From Octopus vulgaris (lineage: Eukaryota): DNA of 64,000 nucleotides. The notes below the pieces were generated by a model. It did not search any database and was not told the origin of the DNA. It saw nothing but the letters and a program-made list of their open reading frames with translations. Positions 29,526-42,496 of this stretch are shown in pieces. The translations under genes and the position numbers were made by a program. Location of the stretch: positions 31,558,001-31,622,000 of the forward strand of contig OX597828.1 of NCBI GenBank assembly GCA_951406725.2, in the 5' to 3' direction. The first letter of the stretch is position 1, and each line of letters begins with the position of its first letter.

Positions 29526-30298
29526 CTTGTTTCGTATACATTCGCTGCTTTCTTCCAAGGATTGTAATGACCTTAACTTATTTTTCCTTGCAAAGATAAT
29601 CTAGAACTCGACTGGTGGGGGGACTCCGAATGATCCGTCTTTGTTTTCTTTGTATAGTCTGTCTGGATATTTTGTTTTACTTTTTCTTGTTTCACCTCTG
29701 TAGATGTTTTGTCCCATTTTTTTTGTATTTATATATATGTATGTATTTATATATATATACACATACATGTATCTTTTCCTATAACGTGTAATTGTCTAAA
29801 TATGGAGAACAAGGTAGTGTTTTATAGAGTGTAGCATACATAAAAAAAAGTTGCTGCCGACATATATTGATTTACATCTAGTTTCATTGAGCTTCATATC
29901 GAGACTTATGATCAGGGAGATAGTGTGTGTGTGTATACACACAGACACACACATATATAAAAAAAACCGAAGAAGAACGAAACAGTGTATATATATATAT
30001 TCGTATGTATGTGTGTGACTGTGCACTTATGTGTTATTCTTCAACAAAACTAGTGTTGACAATGATTTCGGTGTGATGGCCACGAAAACCATAATGAAAC
30101 CCATTTTGACTTAGCTGGGGTAAATGACTATCCTATTGTTAAAAGTAATAAAATTGTACTCTGCCAAAAGTATTGAGTACTCATTGAAATTCTTTTAATC
30201 AAAACATAAAAAAAGCAGTCATGTATGTATGTATGTATGTATGTATGTACGTGTGTACGTATGCATGTATGAATCAAGTAAGACAATGTAGGAATAAA

Positions 30299-30464
<166 letters not shown>

Positions 30465-30949
30465 GTATGTATATATATATATTCCAATTTCATGCGTCGG
30501 CGTTTTCTTTTTTCTTTTTTTGCATCTTTTTCTCTTTGTTTCAGTTCCACTTCGCAACCTATGTTTAGAAAATTCAATCCCTCCGCCCATCCATCTGTAT
30601 AGTTTGCATATTGAAAATCATTTGTACATCTAAAGTCAGATTAAACAGTCTATATTATGTCACGTGACCGCCATAAAAATAATGATGGAATCTTGCTAAA
30701 TTAATCCAAGCGCTTAAAAATACAACATGATAAACGACAATAAAATAGTGGTAGTTAACGTAGACTTTCATTGCATGCCATTGTTCATTTGAAAACTGTC
30801 CTCTTGTGTTACGTTGCCGTGGTAATTAAACAATAACGTTGGAACAGTGTCAAATAAAAGACTACCAGCTATGCATTCATACATATACGCATAAATATAC
30901 ACTGAGCTCTGACGTGAAGAAGATCTTTCAATCATAAAGTTTCCTGCGG

Positions 30950-31262
30950 CTCCGACGGTTACGACGACGAGGGTTTCGGATCATCCCTCAAAGGAACAGC
31001 CTGCTCGTGAAATTAACGTGCATGTGGCTGAGCAGTGCACAGACATATGTACATGTAACCTAGTTTTTCAGGGAGATTCAGCGTGACCCAGATTGTGACA
31101 GGGCTGGCCCTTTTTGAGAAACCGGTACACCAGAAACAGGAAGAAATAGTGAGAATTGTGGTGAATAGTTGTGGTGAAAAAGTAGAGCAGGGTTCGCCAC
31201 CACTCCCTCGTACAGCTTTTGGGTGTTTTCGCTCAATAAGCACTCACAACGGCCGCTCTGAT
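30950..31262 (-). mobile_element. SINE family C, older 5'-truncated copy
   Basis: Colinear with 61123-61440 (ggaacagcctgctcgtgaaattaacgtg..gtggctgagca...gtgttttcgctcaataa.cactcacaacg). Confidence 0.88.
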
Positions 31263-32138
31263 TGTGTGTGAACGGAAAGTCACGCTTCGCACATCACTGA
31301 TTTTCAGTACAGCGGTTCTACATCTAGACAAGTTACTTTATGTCATAACGTCGTTAATAAGATTGCTACAAAGATTAAATATTTTTAATGTGTTGATTGC
31401 AAATTCGAGATTTTCTCTCAGTTCCCTTGCGCGGCAACTTTGGCAAGTGAGCATGTAATACATGCCTACGCACTCACGCGCACACACACATACACACAGA
31501 GGCGCACACAAAAACGCATACATAAACATTTATATATGTGTGTATGTTTGTATGTAAGTATCTAGCAAATATAACAAATATTGTTCCACGTTTTTATACG
31601 TGCTTCAATTTCACTACTTTGTTTACCTTTGAATCTTTCAGTTGGGTTGCACGTTGCCTGCGTAGGTACATCAATAGTGGTTTGAGAGATACGAGTCAGA
31701 GTCTGCTCTCAGCGCTGATGTGCGAAACAATGTTAACAGGTATCCGAGATGTTTTGTCTTTGATTCATGCTGTATCTTGTAAACGCAACTGATTTAGCCA
31801 ATAAAGTGATGATATATGAAAACGCCCAAAATTTGTTCTCATATAATATGACTTGTATACCTGCTTCAAATATTTTAAAGCAGCGATTTAAATGGATGTG
31901 TGGTTTCGTTTGCGTTTACAATTATATTTCTTCATAAAAGATCATTCTATATTTCTTTATAACGCCTTTCATATTTACTCTCTCGCAATAACCATTGTTA
32001 TATTCTTTAAAACACTCGAAGCATCACATTGCCAACTAACAAGAAAGAGGATGGACTTGCTAAGAAGCGGTATAATACCAAATGAAGCATAAGACACTAA
32101 TGAGGTAGTCTGGTAAATGTTTCGATTACGAAATATGG

Positions 32139-32302
32139 AATCTCCTCTGAAACATATTTGAAAAAAATAACCTTTCTCTGCTTGCGATTTTCAACGATGT
32201 CAAAGCATTCAAATATTCCGAAGAACCTTCTCTGTGACCTATTTGAGAAGATAACCTTCCTATGTTTGCGATTTTGCAAGATTTTCAAGCATGCAAATAT
32301 TT
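32139..32302 (+). repeat. Two-copy ~84-bp tandem repeat with third-codon-position-biased differences; LRR-like reading
   Basis: Translates IPKNLLCDLFEKITFLCLRFCKIF. The first copy has a TGA and a 1-nt insertion relative to the second. Confidence 0.6.
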
Positions 32303-32781
32303 TCAGGTTTATACAGTTTGTCTTAGGATTCCAGCTGTCCAGAAACATACACACACACGACACAAACACTTAGACGTACACATTCACTGAAAACTATAGT
32401 AAGTTATTGCGATGATTATAAGAGAGATAGACTGACATACAGACAACTTCGAAAAAGGTATTTACTGATGATGCTTGTTAGGCTATTCACAGATGGAGGT
32501 GGTAATCGCTGCGGTGTTTGGGCGTAGTTGCAGTTGAGAGCAAGCTATTAATTGTTGTGGAATGAAAGTTTAAGATATGGCAGGTGATTTTGCGTAATTG
32601 GCGTCGAGCAATCTCGTCACTACCACCACTGCTACTATGACTACGAACACCAAAGAAATCGCATTTGTCTCACAAAGCAAGAAAAGAATTAAAACCTCTG
32701 CCACATGCACTTAGCATTGTCATCTTATCTGAGTCGATTCCTTCAGCATGACGCAAAATAAGGGTATTGTTATTATGAAAT

Positions 32782-32787
32782 TTATTA

Positions 32788-32848
<61 letters not shown>

Positions 32849-32860
32849 CATTATTATTAA

Positions 32861-32922
<62 letters not shown>

Positions 32923-32925
32923 GTG

Positions 32926-32990
<65 letters not shown>
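32782..32990. repeat. (TAT)n followed by (TAG)n microsatellite
   Basis: Direct reading; source of the poly-I/L/V/S ORFs. Confidence 0.97.
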
Positions 32991-32991
<1 letters not shown>

Positions 32992-33339
32992 TCATTGTTG
33001 TTATTGTTGCTGTTGCTGCTGCTGATTTTGTTGTTGTTTTATACGAGATATTCGAAATGTAAGAGGGACACCAAAATACGGCAAGCTGGACATTTAACTA
33101 CGAGTGCAATCTTTACGTATCAATTCTATATTAAGGTTTTTGCTCTGAACAAGTGTTTTGCAATTTTGAAAGGTTTCGAAGAAACGGGATATGATCAAGT
33201 TTACAAAGTTTTTCTCAGGAATCATCATCATTATCATCATCTCATCACCATCGTCTACATCATTGTCGTCGTCGTCCTCCTCCTCATCATCATTATCATC
33301 TCCATCATCACCATCACTTCTATTTTCATTGTTATTCTT

Positions 33340-33895
33340 ATTGAGTGAATGTGCAACGCATGCCATCAAAGTGACAATGGGGTACAAATATACACAGGCC
33401 AATATGCCCATCATAACTACCTGTCTAATAAGAGTACACCAGGCACGTGAATCACAAACATATGAGCAACGCATGGTTATTGATCTCTGATCATGATAAG
33501 CAGCGCATGACCTTGCAGGTGAAATCAATTTTTTTTCCATATCGATTAGTCCATCCCGCGTATCGAGTAGTTCCATCCTTCGATAAGGATTGTCTGAGGA
33601 TCATGAACGAAATATCCATGTTTTCACCGGTGAATTACACAAAACCCCACACATCTTTTTCAATACATGACTATAGTGATCCCTCACTACTCATGATTGG
33701 ACATGTGCATACCGTCAGCAACTGAGGGACATGCTCCACTGATTATGATCAGGCAACTGGCAAGCGAATGTGTGGTATTAAACATAATATATCCTGTAAC
33801 ACATCTTAATACCAAGACAAAGCATGTACATATTAAAACTGCCGATCAGTTAGGATCACAATCCATGAAAACCACTCCCTGATATTGCATCAGAG
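33340..33895. mobile_element. Putative interspersed repeat of unknown class
   Basis: Complex non-coding block starting right after a degenerate (CAT)n tract (gcatgccatcaaagtgaca...gcatgaccttgcaggtg...gcatcagagc). Resembles an octopod repeat from memory; single copy in this window. Confidence 0.4.
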
Positions 33896-35196
33896 CTGTT
33901 AGCAGTTATTTAGGTTTTCATTTAACTGAATGCATTAGGGGTTTACTGCTTTTCGTGCCAACACATTTTTTTTATTTCTGTGATACGAATATACACTATC
34001 TACATGCATACATATACATCCTCTTCTATATGTATGTGTGTGTGGCTGTACGGTTCATTCTGGCATTCTAGAGCCATTTGTCAACATAATTATATATTTG
34101 TAACGTTGTTATCTAAATGTATACATATAGAATAATTTTTCGTTCTTTACTGAACACCTCTTTCCAGAGCAATATTTTAATTTATCAGATTACAGAGTTT
34201 GGTTATCTCTACTTCTTGATCATTTTCCTGTAGGTTATTTTCATCACTTTCGTTGAGAGTTAGTGGATTCATGTGACATCTCGATTAATCTCATTCTTGA
34301 GAAAAACGCTTGGCCGATTAACACTTGATCTTCTTGATTTGTCTTTGTGTTTTTTTTCTTATGTGTCTGATATAGCCTTTTCTCACTTAGATAACACACT
34401 TAGCGTTTGCCTATATAGGAACTTTTTTCGCTTTTATTTCCTAATGCAGCCTCACGGCCTGGTGTTTGTAGGTGTTATGTTGTTCTTGGAAATATATATA
34501 TATTTTGAATAAGAAAATATATTACCTCGGGCATGATACAAACAGAGACTATCTCTTCCCAACAACGAATATTCTGGCATAGCTTAATATATTCTGCTTC
34601 ATTTTACTCTTCTGTTAGTTTCCAGTGAGAAGTCATTAATGACCCGCCGCCTTCAAGAATAATTTTACTTCCGTTTCAGTTTTTCGCTTTTCAGCGTTGT
34701 CACAGAAAGAAAAAAAACAAGAGACGATATTTGTCGACATACATTGTGCATAGATATTCCTTGATATCCTTTTTGCATGGATATGTGGAGAGGAAAAATT
34801 CGCAGGTCTTCATTCGTGTGTTTAATTTAATATATAATGCAGGAGGAGGTATTCAGCCTAGGAGATATGGTGTATAATGGTATGCTTCCTGGAAACCTCG
34901 GTGACTAAAGTTGATGGCTTCTTATTTTATCACCGTGGAAAAAACATTGCAGAATTCATTAAAATGGGGCAACGTAAAATATGTGCTGGAATTAGTAAAT
35001 ATGAAAACGGAAAGGAGCATGAACACATAAAATGACACACATCAAAATGACGCATACATACGTATATCGTAACATGAACAAATCATGTGTATGCGTATAT
35101 TGTATACTTATGTGCATGAGCATGTGTACTTATTCACGTATATATGTGTGATTATACATATCTATATATCTCTATCTATCAACACACACACACACG

Positions 35197-35284
<88 letters not shown>

Positions 35285-35363
35285 GTTGAAATTAAAAAAC
35301 AAAAACAAGAGACGAAGACAGGTGTGCGAGTGTATTAGCCTGACGCTCAGAAATATGAAAAGT

Positions 35364-35399
35364 CTTTTACGTTTCGAACATAAGCTCTTTAACGGAAAG
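35364..35399 (-). ncRNA. Degenerate minimal hammerhead motif (downstream unit of tandem pair)
   Basis: Minus strand cttt-CCGTTAA-A-GAGC(ttat)GTTC-GAAAC-GTA-aaag. Stems retained, core mutated. Confidence 0.55.
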
Positions 35400-35406
35400 A
35401 AGGAGG

Positions 35407-35441
35407 GTTTAACGTTTCGAGCGGAGCTCTTCGTCGGAAAC
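35407..35441 (-). ncRNA. Minimal type I hammerhead motif (upstream unit of tandem pair)
   Basis: Minus strand gttt-CCGACGA-A-GAGC(tcc)GCTC-GAAAC-GTT-aaac. Stem I gttt/aaac, stem II GAGC/GCTC, palindromic AACGTT. Confidence 0.7.
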
Positions 35442-35512
35442 ATAGGAGAAGGAAAGATCCAGAGAAGAGAAGACAGTGGAAAAATCACCAACGATACACA
35501 CGCGGTCACATT

Positions 35513-35572
<60 letters not shown>

Positions 35573-35800
35573 ACAAATATATGTGTACGATATTACACAC
35601 ACATACAAATGGCTTCAAACATTGTGTTTCAGTACAACTTGATGAAGAGAAGCATACTCACAGGCAAATGCAAACACAATTATATGCATTCGTCACCATA
35701 CTGTGTGATGTTGGACAAATTGCATATCTTACCGTGCTTAAATTATTTCTGTAGAGTCAAGAGACCTCTTCACTCATTCAAGACGCAAGTGTTACAAATC

Positions 35801-35836
<36 letters not shown>

Positions 35837-35876
35837 TAACATAATAATGATTATATTGATAATAATGCCATTTGTA

Positions 35877-35912
<36 letters not shown>

Positions 35913-35940
35913 GTGTATGTATATATGCATGTGTATATAT

Positions 35941-35996
<56 letters not shown>

Positions 35997-36283
35997 TTAG
36001 AGATATAACCACTATTAGACAAATCCAACAGTGAAACATTAATCAATACATAGAAATAAAATTGATATAAAATACAAAATATATAAAATTCAAAATTTAA
36101 ACTTTTTAAATTTAAAGTTAGAATTTTAAAAATTATCTAAATTAATAATTAATACTTATAAATTTATATATATATATTTTTGTATATTATTTTTACTTTT
36201 ATTATTATTATTATTTTAATTTTTATTTTAAATATAACTATCAAAAACTATTAAAAAGTTTAATATAAGATAAAGAGTAAAAC

Positions 36284-36339
<56 letters not shown>

Positions 36340-36401
36340 CATATGTATTCATAAAAGGTGTCTATATATATACACATATATATATGTATATATATATACA
36401 T

Positions 36402-36436
<35 letters not shown>

Positions 36437-36648
36437 CTCAGAGAGTGTTTGTTATCGTCATCATCATCACCATTATCACCACCATCATCCTTATTATTAC
36501 TTGATGATCGTATACTCAGTGAATCATGATACTTTTCAGCTGTAATAAAGTATTATAAGCACTCTACTTCAGGTATTGATTTCTCTAGCTTCCGTTTTAT
36601 CAAATATTCTTTTTCAATATAAATTTGGTCGTGTGTGCACGTATATCT

Positions 36649-36684
<36 letters not shown>

Positions 36685-37456
36685 ATGCGTATTTATGAGC
36701 GTGCGTACGTGCTTACGTGTGTGTTAACTTCTACGTATGCCTCCGTGTCTATTATTTCCTTCATGATGCCGTTATTGAAATAGCAGTTATCATTTAATAT
36801 GTTTAAAAATATAACGTGTATCTTCGTTACAAGGAATATAGTAACATTTTAAAATTTATGCAGATTTCATATATTAAATTCTCCACAAAATGGATCATCC
36901 AGTGCCCTGATAAACCTGGTATCTCTGGATTATGACCAAGCTGAATTACTATGTTCCAGACACCTAAGTTGCTTCTGAGGTTTTCTTGCTTTTTTTATTA
37001 TTTTAATTATGCTGTCTGTGTTTTTATAATTTGTCTGTATCTCTGTCATTCATTTGCCTCTCCACTCCATAGTCTGAAATTATATTGTTATCTGGTGTTT
37101 GATCTAGAAGCAAATTACAGTTAAAATTTTTTCTTAATTTCAAGTTTGACTTGGAGCATTATTCTTCAATCGAATGCAATTCTTCAATCTCTGTCCTGTT
37201 TCTTGTTTTCCATTACCGACTTTAGGCAGTCCATATATTTGTGATTGCCCTACTATAACACACTGTAACTAGGTTGGTGCGGTCCAACATATTTGTTGAA
37301 GGTTTCATGCTATCCAGTAAATAGACAAAGCGATTGAGAGATACAGATGGAGAACTTCTTTAAATTACATCTCATTTCAAGACAGGTTTACATTTTGTTA
37401 CAGATTCCGTATGTTGTTTGTGTTTGCAGCATATGCTGATAAACAACGTTAATATT

Positions 37457-37677
37457 GGTTTCAAATACTTGGCACGAGGCAGGGAATTTTGGGGAAGGAT
37501 GCTAGTCGATTGCAACAACGCCAGTGTTCAACTAGCACCTAAATCATCAAGTCCCGGAAGGATGAAAGGTAAATTCGCCCTCGGCGGGATTTGAACTCAG
37601 AACGTAGGGAGAGACGAAATGCCGCAAAATATTTTGCCCGGGGTAATAACTATTTTGCCATCTCGCCGCCTTAAAGC
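37457..37677 (-). mobile_element. SINE family B (short-tail) with 11-bp TSD acgttaatatt
   Basis: TSD at 37446-37456 and 37678-37688. Head ggcggcgagatggc, B-box gagttcaaatccc. Confidence 0.9.
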
Positions 37678-37702
37678 ACGTTAATATTAATGTTTGTTCT
37701 AT

Positions 37703-37829
37703 GACGGCGAGCAGGCAGGATCGTTCACACGCCGGGCAGTAATGATTAGCGGCATTTCGTCTGTTATTAACTTCTGAGTTCAAATTCTGCCGATGCCCAC
37801 TTTGCCTTTCATCCTGTCGGGATTATAAA
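37703..37829 (+). mobile_element. SINE family B, 3'-truncated, head-to-head with the preceding copy
   Basis: gacggcgagcaggcagga..cacgccgggc..gcggcatttcgtct..ttctgagttcaaatt..ctttgcctttcatcct. Confidence 0.88.
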
Positions 37830-38029
37830 CGGTATTCTCTTTTTATGGAAGCCCTTCTGAGAGTAAAACCATGTCTTTCGTTGATCCTCCTACAATCTCC
37901 CGCTATATTTCTTTTATGAAGTAATTGGTTATTAAAGACGGACAATTAATTGGTGCGTCTTTTCTCTTCAGTGAACACACGAGTACTTGAGATATAGTTT
38001 TATACCTTGTTTACCTTGAATCTTATATT

Positions 38030-38244
38030 TGTTGCAGTCATTAGACTGCGTCTATGTAGGAGAACCGACTTGAGATCTTACTCGAATGAATTGAACCCAG
38101 TACTTATTTTTTAAACCTGGCACTTATTTTTTCGATCACTATTCCTGAAGCGCTAAGTTACACGTTTGAAACACATTAACAATGGTTGTCAAGCGGTGGT
38201 GGTGGGAATAAGCATAATCAAACCATAGATACATAGATACATAG

Positions 38245-38306
<62 letters not shown>

Positions 38307-38324
38307 TATATATACATATATACA

Positions 38325-38372
<48 letters not shown>

Positions 38373-38373
38373 T

Positions 38374-38421
<48 letters not shown>

Positions 38422-38763
38422 TTTTTTTCAGTTTCCACAAGGCTTGGTCTGCCAGGCTGTAGAAGAAAGCAGTTGCCCCAAATTTTACGTTTTTGACTTT
38501 TGTAAGTTGGCCAAAAGGCAAGCAGTGAACTTGCACTGGTTACTGCTTGATTTAAACAGACACGCAAGCACACACACAAGCACACACACACACTCACACA
38601 CACAAATAGGACGGTCTTCTTTCAGTGTCTATCTGTTAAATCCTATCTCAAGGCTTTGAACCTCCCAGGGTTACAGTAGAAGACAACTTCCACGCAGTGG
38701 GAATGAACCCCAAATCATGTGGTTGGGAAACACGCTTCTTACAACACAGTCCTGTCTGCGCCT
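38030..38763 (-). mobile_element. Cluster of diverged family A SINE pieces split by a microsatellite
   Basis: 3' half at 38030-38222, (TA)n at 38225-38415, 5' pieces at 38415-38490 and 38610-38763. Confidence 0.7.
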
Positions 38764-39391
38764 ATTCTTCAGTTTTCATTAGCAGTATTTCTGCAGTTGT
38801 TTAAAGATTTTAAGAACTTCTTGATGAGCGTGTTTGTGGCTGGAACTCGATCACAAATTTGTTCAAATAGTCATTATTCATTTTATAACGTCGAATCATT
38901 TGTGTGTTCTTTGATTTTCGTTATTTTTCGTTATGTAACAGGTTTATTTTATAGTTTTTGTGACTCTTTTTAAAATGTCTCTTGGTGAATAATTTCTTTC
39001 ATAAAAGATATTCGCTTATTGCCTATACTGCGCATATTGCCTATCCTGTTTTATATTTTATTTCCATGTATGCGTACAAGAAAAAAATGCGGGTACAGCA
39101 CTTTTTGATTTTTACAAACATAACTGATGTAATTAATATTTCTTTTAACTTTGTCAAATCGTTGTAAATCTCCGTTTACATAACGATTTTGGTGGCCAAG
39201 ATTCTATTTCTGCTTGTTGTGGAGAATATTGCATTGCAAACATCGATCGTAAAGATATGCTTTGGCTGGTTTAGAAGATATATTGTTGTATTACCCATTG
39301 CTACTATTAAACAATCACGTTTATAATTGTCATACTTGCCAGCGTTCGGATTTCATATTATTCCTTGGAATTTAGTGTTTCTAATATGTTC

Positions 39392-39463
<72 letters not shown>

Positions 39464-39619
39464 ATACATATATTGCGTAGTGTTATCTTTGTCCAATTGT
39501 TTCTTTATTTTTGTTTTGTGTGTATATCTGTATGTTTTATGCGTGTGGGTATGTTTGTGTGTGTCTTCATGTGCTACATCTGTCTGTGACATGTAAGTTG
39601 TCGATATGTCTATTCTTGA

Positions 39620-39839
39620 AGGCAGCGAGGTGGCAGAATCCTTAGCTCGCCGGGCGAAATGTTTAGCGGTATTTCGCCCTTCGCTACGTTCTGAGTTGAA
39701 ATTCCGCCGAGGTCGAATTTGCCTTTCGTCCTTTCCAGGTTGATAAATTAAGTGTCTGTCGTGTTTTGGGGTCGATCTAACCGACAGGTCCCCTTCCCCA
39801 AAAATTTCGGGCCTTGTGCCTAGAGTAGAAAAGAATATT
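39620..39839 (+). mobile_element. SINE family B (short-tail), full length, 11-bp TSD tctattcttga
   Basis: TSD at 39609-39619 and 39840-39850. A-box-like tggcagaatcc, B-box gagttgaaattcc, central gcctttc.tcctttc..ggt.gataaattaagt. Confidence 0.93.
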
Positions 39840-41840
39840 TCTATTCTTGACTTTAATCTATGTATATACATTTTCCGGTTTTTTTTTTCTTCTTCCATAC
39901 TGTATGAATTTCTGATAATTTTTACTGTGACTTGCTTTCCTTTTGAGAACTACTCCCTTAACATTTTTTGTGAAACCAAGACTAAACGTAGATGAGTATT
40001 TTCCTTTAATAACCATACCAATATATTGTCCCTTTTTGTATATGTAGTAAGAAGAGTTTTCGCTGGAATGTGGAATAGAATGTTATGCCGCTTGAACTCA
40101 TATCTTTTTCAGTATTTTTTTTACTTTGCGATGTCACTAGTAATGGAAATATCGTTTAAGTCAAACACCTGCTAATTTACACTGGTGATGTCGAAATTTT
40201 TACTTTGTATCTTCCAAAATATTAGCAGAAGATCTGACGTAATCATTCGTATATTTCCGATGCACGATTATAGAACCAGTTCTAAGAAAATGCACACTAA
40301 TAATTTCTTAACAGGATATAGTATGGTTACTATCATAATTAATAATAGTAGTCCAGTTAGAATATGCAGTAATGTTTAATAATTGCGACGTGTATTAGAT
40401 TCATATCTGACGTTCCACGCTTTTGTTTGTCCATTAGATTTATTTTCGTTTTTTCAATCTATGTTATTAGGAGCAGAATCAGACAAAATTTTCTCATTTG
40501 AAATTCATGCTGTTATCGTTGTTAATGTTGTTATTATTATTGTTCTCTTAGAAACATTACAAGTATTATGCCTATAGTATTCGTTACCGTCGTTACAGTA
40601 AAGGTTGTAAAGCATTTCCAGGTATACATGTATACATATATTTTCCTCTCGGCCACAGTACTTCTCTACATAACAATTGCTTTTTGAAGGAAGAAAAGAT
40701 ATGAACATATAACATGTGTGTCGAAATAAATAAATAAATAAGTATAGAAAAGGGTTTTATCTTATTTCTATAAAGATTCATTTTATCTTATTTACTTAAT
40801 TTTTTTTCTTATTCGAAACATCTTCCCCTAATCCAAACAATTTTATCAATGGGCCTAAGCTTACTCAGCTAAAGACGAACTGTTGCCAAGAGTAACGGTT
40901 AATGGACTGAGATACTAAACGGATAAGAGATGTGCATATCAGAAATGTGTACAAAAGCATGTCCGTAAGTATACGTGTATGTAGAAATGCGCAAGTTTGT
41001 GACTGGGCGTAGAATAAGAGTGTAGGAAACGGAAAACAGCAAAGTAAAACGGCAAACGACTTGTGGATTTTCAACTTTTGAAAAGAGCATAGGAAAAGGA
41101 AATCTGAGATAAATCTGCCCTTGAAACACTTTACGGTTAAGTATATCTAGAGGGTCATAGGTGATGCATATGTGCATTTCATTTTCATCCATCGATGTAC
41201 AAATATTTGTGACGGTGCTAACATCTGACAAAATGAAGTCTTAATCATTGGATATGCGCGTGTGTGTATACACAGATATGCACTTGAGAAATGTTTGCAA
41301 TACACATTGTTTGAATTGCCCAGTAATTACGCTCGTAAATCCAATAATAAAATGACTATGTGATTCTCCATCGCGGTTCGTTCAGATGCACCCGTGCGCG
41401 GGTATATGTACATAATAAGTGTTTCATACATTGCTATGACACTGTCTAGTATTTACAAAACTTCAATGCAATTCAAAATCTTTTATAGAATTACAACTCT
41501 GGCTCCAATTCAATATCTGTCAACGACATCTCAATCGATATCCTGGTTCACATTGACTAAAATTGTTCTTGCTGCGAAAGTTAATTTCCAAATTTTTTAT
41601 ATGGTATCTTTTCAGTAAATGAGTTAGATCATGTTTCAGATTTTCTTTTTAATTCTAAGAATGTAGCATGTTGTGAGGAATAAGTAGAATTTTCACTTCA
41701 TGCATTTTGTCATACACTGCATAATTTTGGGTATTGAGTGACGGAGATTCGAATGATATAAACCCCTATCCTCAGCCATTACATTTTTTTAAGCAGGAAA
41801 GATACTCTTTTAAATGAAAATGCTTAGGAAAGTATTGCAA

Positions 41841-41886
<46 letters not shown>

Positions 41887-42247
41887 TTTCGGTCCGAAAG
41901 GGTTTTTTATGCATCACCGTTTTTACAATCCTGTAAATAATAATAATTGTGTTTTATATAAGCTTAAAATTATGGCGATCACCGTGCAACGACTAAGTAA
42001 CATAGTCTAATAAATGGGCATATAAGACCTCGATAGGAAAAAAAGAAGGCTTTCCTATCTACGTGGGAAACGAACACACATCCCTTTGTTAAAGAAACTA
42101 AATGTGTTACGCGGAGAAGAAAACCTTCCTTTCTGCGTAGAGGGCTTATATGCCGCTTTATTAGACTATCTTCCATAGACATTGCACGGTGATCGCCATA
42201 AGCTTTAAGGTTATATAAAAATGTCATTACTTTATGATGTAACAAAT

Positions 42248-42496
42248 AAGTTATGTGGACGTAAACACGCCAGCATCGGTTGTCAAGCGATGTTGCGGGA
42301 CAAACCTAGAAACACACACACACATACACATACACACACACACGGTTTTCAGTTTCCGTCTACCAAATACACTCAAAAGGCTTATGATGGGCCCAAGGCT
42401 ATAGTAGAAGACAAATACCCAAGGTGACACGCAATCGGACTGAAACCGGAACCATGTGGCTAGTAAGCAAGCTACTTATCACGCAGCCACTCCTGC
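42248..42496 (-). mobile_element. SINE family A, 3'-truncated
   Basis: Reverse complement begins gcaggagtggctgcgtgataagtagcttgct; internal (CA)n. Confidence 0.88.

Larger units (their letters stand above)
35286..35516 (-). mobile_element. Short hammerhead-bearing element, family H1, with two tandem hammerhead motifs, inserted in (TA)n
   Basis: ~230 bp flanked by TA runs. Its 3' part is homologous to 3014-3110. Confidence 0.72.

Noticed and set aside
34843-34879. Possible micro-exon EEVFSLGDMVYN (tgcag...gtatgc)
   Set aside because: No polypyrimidine tract; insufficient support.
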